DNA of 42,897 nucleotides, taken from assembly GCA_029955215.1 (NCBI GenBank), contig GCA_029955215.1_4351.1. One strand, written 5' to 3'. The notes beneath the pieces were generated by a model. It saw only the letters and a program-made list of their open reading frames with translations, did no database searches and was not told where the DNA came from. The DNA comes from a phage. Numbering within the stretch: position 1 is the first letter of the stretch; every line of letters starts with the position of its first letter. This document shows, in pieces, positions 33,462 through 42,529 of this stretch. The position numbers were made by a program, and so were the translations under genes.

Positions 33462-35639
33462 TCACTTAGCGTACCGGTACATTTCGCTGCCTTCTGCTAC
33501 AAGAGGGAATCCCTCAGCCCATTCAGGTAATTCGCACATCAATCGTTCGAGTTCAGCCACATTGTATTCAGGCGAATCTGGCGTCTCGCAGATAATTTCA
33601 TCGTGTACATGAAGTACAATCGGGTAGCCGTTTGCTTCAACGTTAAGTAGCGCATTAGCCAGCAAGTCACGGCACAGTGCCTGGGTACAGTTTTCCACCA
33701 GTTTCCCGGAGTACGTGTACTGGAAGCCCCACTGACGAGTTAACTGGTTTTCACCTTGGTACTTGATGCGCACGTTAGTAGAAACTTTCCCGTCTTCGTC
33801 CGTCTCTTTCGATACACTTAAACCTACGCCAGGGTAGGACATTACGCGGCCTGACGGCAACGTCATGCGCAACCACCAACCAGCTACCTTGTTGCCGTTG
33901 TTATCTGTTTCTACGTTGCGTGAAAACTTAACGCCACGAGGACCAGCGGTGAACTCTTTCCCTGGATTACGTATTGCCGCCATAGCTGCGTCTTCGATAT
34001 CACGCCAGAAAGCTACAGTCTCAGGGTGCGACTCGCGCCACATGCGCTTGATAGCGTCACATGTACGCCAGACTTTCTTATCCAGAATATATGATGGTCG
34101 GTCATCTTTTTCACCAGGACGCGGTGGCCGCTTGGCTTCCTGAATACGCGCCCACTCGTACCCACGTGCGGTAGCGGCCCAGATGTGGTCAGGGAAAGTA
34201 CCGTCCATTGTTTTAGCCATATCAACCAGGTCAAGGCCGAGGTTCTTGGCGAACTGAACGAAAGCCCCTACGCCGCCAGCGTAGCCGAGTCCCAACTCGC
34301 AAGCTTTGCCTATCTGGCGAAGGTCTTTACGTTCTTTCTTAATGTAATCCGGTTCCAGGCCAAACATCTTGCCCGCCGTTACGCAATAAATATCCAGCCC
34401 GGCCCGGAAAGTATCGAGCGCGGCTTCTTCGCCCGCCAGCCATGCCAGCCCGCGACCTTCAACGTTAGAGTAATCTGCAACAACAAACTTGTGCCCTGCT
34501 TCCGGGATAATGCAGCTGCGCACCGTAGATGCCGTTAGCTTGGCTACATCAAACCGACGATGCGCACGTCCTTTCAGCAACGCAGAAATCCCTTTATCCA
34601 GCTCATCGTCATGATAGTACCCGCGGGCCAGGTTCTGTGGCTGGAAGCCTTTACCGGCGAATCGTAGCGTACGTTTAGCCCCGCCGTACTGGATGCAACC
34701 GCGGCGGCGGTCGTCAGAAGAACGACCCAGCAATAACGGTGTGTATTTCGTTGACGCGGTGGACGCCGCTCCGAGGCGCATTTCGACAATATCACGGGCA
34801 TCGTCGGGTAAATCCTCGTCAGCCAGCAGGTCAAACAACGTTGCTTTTTGCGCGTTATGAATGCGGTTCGCAGGGGCCAGTTCCTGCAATGCCGGTAGAA
34901 AGTCTTTTCCGGTTAATGAACAGCCGAATTTACGTTGCGATTCCTCCTGCAACTCCCCCTTATGCCGTGTTATGGCTTCAATAGCGGCTTCTGCCAGCGC
35001 AATATCAACCTTGAACCCGCGGTCGTTGATTAACTGGTCCAGTTCCAGTACGCGGTCCTCGAACTCAGAGTTGCCCCACGACGGCATTTTTTGAAACACT
35101 TCACGCATCGAAGTGATATCACTAATAGCGTACTTGATGAATAACGCCCACTCCTCCGGGTGCGTCTCAGACGTATAGCGGCGTATTTTGTAATTCTTCG
35201 GGGTCGGCTTGGTGAATCTCTTTATTAACGCCTTACCGCGTTTGTCCTTGGCGTTCTCTGCAGATACTTCCAGCACTTCACACAAAACAGCCAATTTCCC
35301 CGGCAGCGCGTGGCGAAAAGCACAGGTCATTGTATCTATAACGCTGCTTACAGGTATGTCATAGCCCCAGCAGTTGCGGATAACTAAGCGGTCAAACATA
35401 TTGAAGTTATGACCTACAATCTTAATATCCCCTCTCATTGCCTTACGCAGGCCAACTTTCAGGTCGCGCGGCATATCGCTGCCGTCTGTGCAGTCCCAGC
35501 AACGCACCTCGCCGTCGTCGAACGCGTAGGTGCATATCATAATTTCTGTAGATGGGTGTTCGGCGTAGGCATAACTGCCGACAACCGTTATGTCTAATTC
35601 ACAAAAAGTTTCTGTATCAAGATAAAGTAATTCGTTCAT
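33462..35639 (-). CDS. DNA polymerase, family A with 3'-5' exonuclease domain
   Basis: Exo I motif DTETF; motif B RQIGKACELGLGYAGG; motif C VLHVHDEI; 725 aa. Confidence 0.9.
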   Translation of the reverse strand: MNELLYLDTETFCELDITVVGSYAYAEHPSTEIMICTYAFDDGEVRCWDCTDGSDMPRDLKVGLRKAMRGDIKIVGHNFNMFDRLVIRNCWGYDIPVSSVIDTMTCAFRHALPGKLAVLCEVLEVSAENAKDKRGKALIKRFTKPTPKNYKIRRYTSETHPEEWALFIKYAISDITSMREVFQKMPSWGNSEFEDRVLELDQLINDRGFKVDIALAEAAIEAITRHKGELQEESQRKFGCSLTGKDFLPALQELAPANRIHNAQKATLFDLLADEDLPDDARDIVEMRLGAASTASTKYTPLLLGRSSDDRRRGCIQYGGAKRTLRFAGKGFQPQNLARGYYHDDELDKGISALLKGRAHRRFDVAKLTASTVRSCIIPEAGHKFVVADYSNVEGRGLAWLAGEEAALDTFRAGLDIYCVTAGKMFGLEPDYIKKERKDLRQIGKACELGLGYAGGVGAFVQFAKNLGLDLVDMAKTMDGTFPDHIWAATARGYEWARIQEAKRPPRPGEKDDRPSYILDKKVWRTCDAIKRMWRESHPETVAFWRDIEDAAMAAIRNPGKEFTAGPRGVKFSRNVETDNNGNKVAGWWLRMTLPSGRVMSYPGVGLSVSKETDEDGKVSTNVRIKYQGENQLTRQWGFQYTYSGKLVENCTQALCRDLLANALLNVEANGYPIVLHVHDEIICETPDSPEYNVAELERLMCELPEWAEGFPLVAEGSEMYRYAK

Positions 35640-35650
35640 TATTTCGACCC

Positions 35651-35678
35651 TTTGTAAAAAGGCCCAATAAAGGGCCTT
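35651..35678 (-). terminator. minus-strand rho-independent terminator between SSB-like gene and polymerase
   Basis: Minus-strand hairpin aaggccc-tttatt-gggcctt followed by tttttacaaa. Confidence 0.6.
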
Positions 35679-35697
35679 AATTAAACTGATTCAAGTA

Positions 35698-36327
35698 TTA
35701 ACCACGGCGACGACGTTCTCGGCGCGGTGCTTCATCTTCTTCGTCGTCTTCAAGGTCATTGACGCTCGCAGCAACTTTAGAGCCTCCAAACGCTTTACCT
35801 TCGCCGACGTATTTAATCGCCAGCAGGTTAACGCCGAGGACTTTGTATTTCTGGCTGAACCAGATTTCAACGCTTACGTTAGCAACGCAGCCGCTGTAAA
35901 CCTGTTCGCCTTCAATCTGTTCACCGTCTACGTTGAAGTCCTGCTCTACCTGAGTCTCACCTTTTTTAGAGGTTACAATCAGCGGTTGTTTCTGTGCCTT
36001 CGCTTTGAAGTAGAAACCTTCCGGGAAGTCTTCAAAAGGATTATCACGCTCGGCAATGTCTTTAATCGCGCATTTATCCATGTGCTTGCCTTCGCCGTAG
36101 TTTGACTTCATCCACTTCTCGGCAGCGGCGGCACCAAGTGCTTCTTCTACAACCGCATAAACGGTGTCGTACATTTCGTCGATTTGCGCATGGTCAGACG
36201 GCAGGATGATAGTCGCGCTGTACTGACCTTTAGTGATAGAGCCATCGTCGTTTTCACGGTCTTTTTCGCGTTCGAATACGTTAACCCAGGCAGTGTTTAC
36301 TTTACGCAGATTCAGCTTAATACCCAT
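35698..36327 (-). CDS. putative ssDNA-binding protein (DUF2815-like)
   Basis: Acidic stretch DLEDDEEDE near C-terminus; strong promoter; position in replication module. Confidence 0.45.
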   Translation of the reverse strand: MGIKLNLRKVNTAWVNVFEREKDRENDDGSITKGQYSATIILPSDHAQIDEMYDTVYAVVEEALGAAAAEKWMKSNYGEGKHMDKCAIKDIAERDNPFEDFPEGFYFKAKAQKQPLIVTSKKGETQVEQDFNVDGEQIEGEQVYSGCVANVSVEIWFSQKYKVLGVNLLAIKYVGEGKAFGGSKVAASVNDLEDDEEDEAPRRERRRRG

Positions 36328-36388
36328 TTCCAGATTCCTCAGTTTTTAAGTTTCGTTTACTCCGGGAGCTGCCCGGCCAGTGATTAGA

Positions 36389-36417
36389 ACTATAATAGCA
36401 AACTATTCAGGTGTCAA
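36389..36417 (-). promoter_or_regulatory. sigma70-like promoter, class II (TTGACA-N17-TATAGT) on minus strand
   Basis: Minus-strand reading ttgaca-cctgaatagtttgctat-tatagt; near-consensus. Confidence 0.7.
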
Positions 36418-36421
36418 CGAT

Positions 36422-36595
36422 TTATTTAAGTTTCTTTGGCACTACTTTGTAGATGTAGGGTTGTACGGCCTCGTGCTTTGAGTTTTTCTCTTCTGCAATT
36501 TTGTCGGCGTCGGCTCGTTTAGCGTGAACAGAAACAATATCAAGTTCTTGAATAGAGTATCGGCGGTGATACCGAGCGAGAATATAAACCATCAT
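36422..36595 (-). CDS. hypothetical protein (57 aa)
   Basis: ATG overlapping stop of upstream nuclease gene. Confidence 0.4.
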   Translation of the reverse strand: MMVYILARYHRRYSIQELDIVSVHAKRADADKIAEEKNSKHEAVQPYIYKVVPKKLK

Positions 36596-37833
36596 TCTAA
36601 ATCCTCCTCTGTTACCTGATTCCACTCAGGCCGTTTGTCGTCTGCCGTTGCTACACATGGCGCCCCTGGCTTACGGGTGATGAAGTTTTTTAGTTCTTCT
36701 TCTGGGATAACCTTAACCGCTTCGGTCGGTGTCATGAGCACTTGCTTCATTAGCGCGATGCCGTATTTGCTTGCCACTTTCTCCGCGTCTTTCCACGCGC
36801 GATTACCCGGACGACCTTCTACCAGCTTGTAACCCGGCACTTTCTTGCCAGAATGCAACGCGGCAGCCATAGCTTTCTCAACCTTGTCGACGTGCTGGCG
36901 CAACAGCGGCAACTTCTCATATTCGGCTACAAGTTGCTCCGGCGTAAGTTCCAGTGCAAAGTCGTCCTCCAGTTCTTCCGCCAGTACAGAATTAACCGTC
37001 TTTGTACGCGCTGCGCACTGTTCTGAGAACCGACACCACTGGCAACCATCGACCGACGGCTTGAAGTCCGACGCTTTCAGGTTCTTCTTTCCACGGAAAT
37101 AGGCATCAAGGGCCCGCAGCGCTCGTTTCCGTGCGAACTTAGCGAACAGTTCCAGACCTTCAACCGAGATGTCCCACTCCGACGCGCCACCAGCATACGG
37201 CTGGAAGATGACCAGGCGCACTACTGTGATGTTATAGCGTCTCTTGAGTCTGCGATACACACCGAGAGCGTAAAGCATAAGCTGCTTGTTTTCTTTTGCC
37301 TCAACACGATGCCGTCCTGTTTTCAGGTCGCCAATAATCAGCATGTGTTCGTCAGTGTTAGCCAGTTCCTGCACGGCAACAAGGTCAGCGGTTCCGAATG
37401 TCTCAACACCTTCGTATCCCGGATGCAGCACCTCAGTAAGATTGACGCGCATCTCCAGTTTTGCGTAAGTCGCCACGTCGATAATCGCTTTGCAGTGGTC
37501 GGTGTACTTGCGCACCTGCTCAATCATGTCTGCCGTAATCAGTACCGCGCCTTTCATCGGTTTGATTAGCGCCTTAATCTGACCTTTACCCTCATCCAGC
37601 ACATAAGCACCGACTTCACGCTCTAACGGCAACGCAGTTCCGCGGATATAGGCATTTAGGTGCACTTCTGCGATGGTATGGCATGCAGTCCCAGTAACGG
37701 CGGCTTTACCCGATGCGTTAGGAATGTCTTTTTCACATGCCAGTGATGCAGCACAGGTAAGCCACTTTTTGGCGCCCGACGGCGACAGTAAGGCGTGCAC
37801 ATCATTATTGCCGCCGCGTTCCTTTAAAATCAT
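36592..37833 (-). CDS. PD-(D/E)xK nuclease, Cas4/DUF2800-like with Fe-S cysteine cluster
   Basis: N-terminal LSPSGAKKWLTC, GTADLV...IGDLKTG, C-terminal CQWCRFSEQC (C-x2-C-x5-C). Confidence 0.65.
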   Translation of the reverse strand: MILKERGGNNDVHALLSPSGAKKWLTCAASLACEKDIPNASGKAAVTGTACHTIAEVHLNAYIRGTALPLEREVGAYVLDEGKGQIKALIKPMKGAVLITADMIEQVRKYTDHCKAIIDVATYAKLEMRVNLTEVLHPGYEGVETFGTADLVAVQELANTDEHMLIIGDLKTGRHRVEAKENKQLMLYALGVYRRLKRRYNITVVRLVIFQPYAGGASEWDISVEGLELFAKFARKRALRALDAYFRGKKNLKASDFKPSVDGCQWCRFSEQCAARTKTVNSVLAEELEDDFALELTPEQLVAEYEKLPLLRQHVDKVEKAMAAALHSGKKVPGYKLVEGRPGNRAWKDAEKVASKYGIALMKQVLMTPTEAVKVIPEEELKNFITRKPGAPCVATADDKRPEWNQVTEEDLE

Positions 37834-38102
37834 ACCCTGTTCTCCCACTGGTCGATTAAATGTCGTGTCTGGCGGTGGCAATGCATAGCCCAGCCATACA
37901 TAGACTCGAAGACATAAAAGTCAGGCTTGGCGAAAGTCGTGCGCTTAATCTGCGACACGTGACGGCCAATATCTTTGGGTCGCGGTACTTTGCCTAAGTA
38001 CGCCATCTCTTCCATCTGGTGCGCACCGGACGGCGCACGCAACAGCCATAGCGCCTCCGTGTTATCCCGCCTGTCAACGGCTCGATAGAGTTGGTAAATC
38101 AT
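37830..38102 (-). CDS. hypothetical protein (90 aa)
   Basis: ORF coupled to nuclease gene. Confidence 0.4.
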   Translation of the reverse strand: MIYQLYRAVDRRDNTEALWLLRAPSGAHQMEEMAYLGKVPRPKDIGRHVSQIKRTTFAKPDFYVFESMYGWAMHCHRQTRHLIDQWENRV

Positions 38103-38488
38103 TGCGCCTTCTCCTGCATTTCAAGGAAGACAATCATTGCCGCACGTAGGGGGTTTTCGTGCGTACTCTTGGTGAACGATGCAGAGTGATATGCTCTATA
38201 TGTAAACGTATGCCGGTTAACCGTAACGCATTCAATTGATATATGATTGCGAGTAATAATTTGCCACGCAATATCTATGTTGTTGCACGGGTTAAATAAA
38301 TTACCATTAGATGGTCTAAAACCTTTAACAAACGGCATTCTTGTTTGCCATACAGGCCCCATGTCTGAATCATCAGTATCACTATCAAAGTCTTCGACGC
38401 CAGACGGGAAGAACAAATGTTCATTTAAATCTAATGCGACTGCCACCGCACAATTAATTTCAAAATCGCTCATATCTTCGTATTTCAT
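38099..38488 (-). CDS. hypothetical protein (129 aa)
   Basis: ORF with overlapping stop/start. Confidence 0.4.
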   Translation of the reverse strand: MKYEDMSDFEINCAVAVALDLNEHLFFPSGVEDFDSDTDDSDMGPVWQTRMPFVKGFRPSNGNLFNPCNNIDIAWQIITRNHISIECVTVNRHTFTYRAYHSASFTKSTHENPLRAAMIVFLEMQEKAQ

Positions 38489-38531
38489 AATTCTGACCCT
38501 CTATTAAAGCGGCCCGAAGGCCGCGAGATAG

Positions 38532-39032
38532 TTATTCTTCTTCGAAATACTTGTTCTTGATTGCCGTAAGGCGTTCCAGGTACTCAGCAAGGTCTTCGTC
38601 TTTAATCGCGGCAATCTTCATCTTCTTGCCGGTGAACTCTTCCAGCAGTTCATCGGAGTCGTCGCACGCGGCATCGCTAGGACCTTCGTTAATAGCGTCA
38701 TCGATAGCCTGAATCTGGTCACGCAGAGACTGGTAATCGACTTCTTCCTTCTCTTCTTCCGGTTCTGGCGTAGGTTCCTCTACTTTAGCTTTACGCGGCT
38801 TGCGTTTCGGCTTCTCGTCTTCTGCCGGTTTAGTGTCAACAATGTCTTCACCTTCGACCGGGATTTCTTTCGTTACTTCTTCGGTGCACTCGTCTACCGC
38901 TTCTTTGGTATACACTACCGTCTCTACTTCCAGCGGAGCGGCAACCTGAACAACTTGTTTTGCGCTATTAGCAGCAATCAGTTCATGTGCAACTACGAAA
39001 CGTTCCAGTAATACTAAGAATTTCTCTAACAT
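38532..39032 (-). CDS. highly acidic hypothetical protein (166 aa)
   Basis: AGGAG RBS; long Glu/Asp-rich stretches (EPTPEPEEEKEE, DDSDELLEE). Confidence 0.5.
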   Translation of the reverse strand: MLEKFLVLLERFVVAHELIAANSAKQVVQVAAPLEVETVVYTKEAVDECTEEVTKEIPVEGEDIVDTKPAEDEKPKRKPRKAKVEEPTPEPEEEKEEVDYQSLRDQIQAIDDAINEGPSDAACDDSDELLEEFTGKKMKIAAIKDEDLAEYLERLTAIKNKYFEEE

Positions 39033-39056
39033 TTTTCTTTCTCCTGTTTATTTAAG

Positions 39057-39284
39057 TTACTCGCCGTCGCCTTCGGTAAGGCTATCGTCTATTAATTCAA
39101 ATTTACCGTTTGAGTGCTGAATAGCTTCTTGCCCGCAATGGTCGCAAACCACCAGTTTATCGAATCCGTCAAACTCATCCCCGACTACACAAGAAAGTAC
39201 AAATTTATGTTTTGTACACGCTTCTTGCGGTTCACCAAAAATTACCCGGAAACCTTTAGCTATAGCGCCAGTTACTATGTTCAT
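39057..39284 (-). CDS. hypothetical protein with CxxC pair (75 aa)
   Basis: First gene downstream of class II promoter 39313-39342. Confidence 0.45.
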   Translation of the reverse strand: MNIVTGAIAKGFRVIFGEPQEACTKHKFVLSCVVGDEFDGFDKLVVCDHCGQEAIQHSNGKFELIDDSLTEGDGE

Positions 39285-39312
39285 ATCCGCCCCTCTCGTT
39301 TGGTATGGGCTA

Positions 39313-39342
39313 ACTATAATAGCGAACTATTCACGTTGTCAA
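39313..39342 (-). promoter_or_regulatory. sigma70-like promoter, class II (TTGACA-N18-TATAGT) on minus strand
   Basis: Minus-strand reading ttgaca-acgtgaatagttcgctat-tatagt. Confidence 0.6.
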
Positions 39343-39406
39343 TGGGCTTTTCTAAAATAATTAATATGGTACTATTCACATATCAACTGACTAAGGAGTA
39401 ACTGAC

Positions 39407-39622
39407 ATGCAACCATCTGAACTAGGCATTCGTGTAGAACAACGCCGCAAAGAACTCGGCATCTCCCAGCGCCGTCTGGCTGTCCTGACAGGAGTTTCCC
39501 AGGGCGCAATTAACCAGCTTGCGCTCGGTGTAACTCAGGACGTCCGCCCAGCAACGCTGTTTAAACTGGCGGAAGTGCTGGAAGTAGACGCCAAGTGGCT
39601 GGCGTTCGGTGAAGGGGCTTAA
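39407..39622 (+). CDS. XRE-family HTH transcriptional regulator (Cro/CI-type)
   Basis: RRKELGISQRRLAVLTGVSQGAINQLALG classic HTH; AAGGAG RBS; only + strand gene inside the minus-strand module. Confidence 0.75.
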   Translation: MQPSELGIRVEQRRKELGISQRRLAVLTGVSQGAINQLALGVTQDVRPATLFKLAEVLEVDAKWLAFGEGA

Positions 39623-39638
39623 CGCCCCTTTCTTTTTA
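39612..39638 (+). terminator. rho-independent terminator after HTH gene
   Basis: aaggggc-ttaac-gcccctt followed by tctttttatt. Confidence 0.7.
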
Positions 39639-39833
39639 TTGCACCTTTATCGGGTATCTTTTTCGAAACTTACCTAACCCGCAGTACACGCTGTAAGCCT
39701 CTGTGTAACTGTACACAACATGATATCCCCGGCCATAAGGAACTACGTTAAGAACTTCTACTATTTCGCCTCTGTGGTTGGTGTATTTATTACCTTTCAG
39801 TTCGTCGCTTACTTCTTTAAATTTACCGCTCAT
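39636..39833 (-). CDS. hypothetical protein (65 aa)
   Basis: ORF coupled to primase/helicase stop. Confidence 0.4.
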   Translation of the reverse strand: MSGKFKEVSDELKGNKYTNHRGEIVEVLNVVPYGRGYHVVYSYTEAYSVYCGLGKFRKRYPIKVQ

Positions 39834-42070
39834 TCCAAATCCTCCTCCGTCACCACCAGCATTTCATTCGGTTCGTATATCGTCTTCGGTCTTAATCTGT
39901 CACCCATCTTTTCCGGTATCCGGTAGGTACCAGGTATAACTTCACCGTTAACGTCACTTCCAAGCATCAACTCACCGTCTTTCAGCATCTTCTCAAGATG
40001 GTGGTTGGTGATGGCGTGGTCGCCTGAGTTCGCTACTATCTGCCGTTGGGTAAAACCTCGTCCGGTGTCGTCGGACTGTTGCAGGTCTTCCAGCGCGGCG
40101 AGTATTGATTCCTTACGCCCTTCATCCTTCCCGCGTTTTACAGCATTCTTTACGTTTTCTTTACCTTCCTTTGTCAGCCCTTCTTCCCGCTCTTTCTCCT
40201 CGTCAGTTTTGAATGGCTCGAAGCCCCACGGCATCAACACAAGCGCCTTGTGTGGTTCCGGCAGGTCGAGGTTTACGATTGTGCCGTATTCCTCCGTGCT
40301 GCCCAGGAACTCCACCGCGCGGTACTCTTTCGGCGGTGGCGCTTCACGGAACTGTACCGACTCCAGCACCATACCAACCGTCTTCTGTTGAGGCCCGTGC
40401 TTAAATTTAGAGTGGTATACGTTTATCTGACGGTCGGTTGCGCGTTCAATTGTCAGCTCCACGTCGACACCCGCATACAGCGCCCCACTGCCACGGGCTT
40501 TCTTTCCACCCTTCGGGGTATGGTGAACAACGCCCACCGCAGCTTTGGTTGCGTCGCGTACTTCTTTCAGGATGGCAATGACTTTACCCATGCCGATTGC
40601 CGTCGATGAACTGTTCTCGTCGAACTTATCAATCGTCAGGGCCAGCGTCTGGTTGAGGGTATCGAACGCGACCATCCCAATTGGCTCGTCACCCGCGGTT
40701 TCGCGCATCAACTTAATCAGGCTTTTCAGTTTTCCGACTTCGCCCATGTCGATAACATGTACATAACCTTTACCTTCCTCGCCATATTTAGCCGCGAGTG
40801 CGTCGATGCGTGTGCGTGTAGCAGCACCACCCTCACCGTCGATATAGAAATGGTGGCAACGCTGGGTATCTGCCCCTGCAAACCGGTATCCGGCGGCGCT
40901 AAGGTACATCATCCCCAGCGTATAGAACGATTTGTACGTGCCAGATTCCCCGACGATATCCCAGATACAATCCGACGGCATGTACCCTTCAACGACGAAA
41001 TCAGCCTTTACCGGTTCCGGTAGCTCGTCCTCCTCTGAGTCCTCGTCGTCTTCCAGGTCGTCGAGGCTGCATGAAACGGACTCACGTACACCCCATCCAA
41101 TAGCCTCTGCGACTTCACTGAACGGCAGCCCGGTCGCATCGCACGCATACTTCCACACCTCTTTCGGCGACATGCCCTCGGTTGCCGTAATGTCGGTGTC
41201 GTGAATCATGGTTACGTTAGGCGCTTCGTAACCCTCGCGCGGGAAGCACAGCAGGAAGTCATCCGGGCGCGGGGTAGGGTCACTGTAGTTTTCGGCATGT
41301 TCCGGCGTAGCTGGCATCTTAAGGCCGCGCGGGGTCATGATGCCGCCGTACTCGAAGGCCAGTTCCTCAAACGCATCAGTAAACGCAGTGCGCAGTTCTT
41401 CCGGTATCTGGTAGTCGGATGCGCTGCTAACGTCAACGGCGGGGATACCTTCCAGCAACTCGTCCGGGTCAATCAGGTCGTTGCGGCGCGACCAGATAAC
41501 CTGAGAACCAACCGGCGGCAGGTACATCGGCTGCGACAGAGTGAACCCGCTGCGGTCAGCGCCCATGCCTTTGAAGAAGTGCTCAAGCAGTCCGTGGCGA
41601 ACGCGGATGATGTCACCACCCTCAACCGGACGGCCCAACGGCATGACGACACGAAAGCGCGGTGACTCATCGGTATGCGATGCTGTAGTGTAGAGACACA
41701 TCGCCTGGCGGCTGCGCTTAACCAGACGCACCGCTTCCTGATACTCTTCCGGCGTTGCACTGTCGAAGTCAAGATACGCCAGCGACGATTTGCTTACAGA
41801 CGCGTCACAGCGATAGAAAAAGCCTTTACGTGCCTGCTTAAAGTCACCGGTTTCCGGGTCTTTTACGGTACTGTGTGTAGAGTCGCACGCGGCGGTGATG
41901 TAGCCGGGAGCAGTCTTAGGGTTAATCCCATCGCGGACGGCATCGAGCGGCTGGATTAACTCTTTCAGGTCGTCCAGTGTTGCCGCGTGTGTGGTTCTGA
42001 CGTTTATATCCTTTTTCTCTGCCCTCGCGTTGCGACGTGACCACGAGTAGGATAAAATTACATCGGACAT
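39830..42070 (-). CDS. DNA primase/helicase (primase-like N-terminal region plus RecA-like P-loop NTPase)
   Basis: P-loop VGESGTYKS and Walker B-like MVAFDTL; 746 aa; largest gene of replication module. Confidence 0.65.
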   Translation of the reverse strand: MSDVILSYSWSRRNARAEKKDINVRTTHAATLDDLKELIQPLDAVRDGINPKTAPGYITAACDSTHSTVKDPETGDFKQARKGFFYRCDASVSKSSLAYLDFDSATPEEYQEAVRLVKRSRQAMCLYTTASHTDESPRFRVVMPLGRPVEGGDIIRVRHGLLEHFFKGMGADRSGFTLSQPMYLPPVGSQVIWSRRNDLIDPDELLEGIPAVDVSSASDYQIPEELRTAFTDAFEELAFEYGGIMTPRGLKMPATPEHAENYSDPTPRPDDFLLCFPREGYEAPNVTMIHDTDITATEGMSPKEVWKYACDATGLPFSEVAEAIGWGVRESVSCSLDDLEDDEDSEEDELPEPVKADFVVEGYMPSDCIWDIVGESGTYKSFYTLGMMYLSAAGYRFAGADTQRCHHFYIDGEGGAATRTRIDALAAKYGEEGKGYVHVIDMGEVGKLKSLIKLMRETAGDEPIGMVAFDTLNQTLALTIDKFDENSSSTAIGMGKVIAILKEVRDATKAAVGVVHHTPKGGKKARGSGALYAGVDVELTIERATDRQINVYHSKFKHGPQQKTVGMVLESVQFREAPPPKEYRAVEFLGSTEEYGTIVNLDLPEPHKALVLMPWGFEPFKTDEEKEREEGLTKEGKENVKNAVKRGKDEGRKESILAALEDLQQSDDTGRGFTQRQIVANSGDHAITNHHLEKMLKDGELMLGSDVNGEVIPGTYRIPEKMGDRLRPKTIYEPNEMLVVTEEDLE

Positions 42071-42128
42071 GTTGTATTTCCTTTAGCAAGTAATTTGGCC
42101 TCGGCGTTCACCGCGTCGGGGCTTTCTT

Positions 42129-42362
42129 TTATTCCAGGTCTTCTAAAGTAGCGGTCATTCCGCGAACTTCAGCAACAGCGCTATATTTCCCGCCAACATT
42201 TTTCACGACACCGGATTTAACCAGCACGCGCAACGACGCTTCAATAATGGCGGAACTATAGTACTTAAAATAACTTCGGCGCAAGTCAAGAACGCTACAC
42301 GACCCTTTTTTACGTGTAAGCGAAACGACCGCCGTAAATACGCGGGACTGGAACTCGGTCAT
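42129..42362 (-). CDS. hypothetical protein (77 aa)
   Basis: ORF coupled to upstream HTH gene. Confidence 0.4.
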   Translation of the reverse strand: MTEFQSRVFTAVVSLTRKKGSCSVLDLRRSYFKYYSSAIIEASLRVLVKSGVVKNVGGKYSAVAEVRGMTATLEDLE

Positions 42363-42529
42363 TTCACGTTCTCCTTAATCCAGGCTTCCACTTTCTCTGG
42401 GTCGAACGTACCAGGCTGACGGCGGCCCATAATGCGGATACAACAATCTGGGAACTTCCCGCTCTTTAACCAGTTATTCAGCGTGCGACGAGTAACCCCG
42501 ATACACTCAGCTACCTCATTCTGTGTCAT
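42359..42529 (-). CDS. small HTH DNA-binding protein (AlpA/excisionase-like family)
   Basis: MTQNEVAECIGVTRRTLNNWLKSGKFP; start set at ATG 42529 with gaggg RBS (ORF track TTG 42562). Confidence 0.55.
   Translation of the reverse strand: MTQNEVAECIGVTRRTLNNWLKSGKFPDCCIRIMGRRQPGTFDPEKVEAWIKENVK

Noticed and set aside
40005-41959. Series of + strand ORFs (60-154 aa) across the primase/helicase gene
   Set aside because: All antisense to the 746-aa P-loop-containing ORF; Arg/Ser/Pro-rich chance frames.
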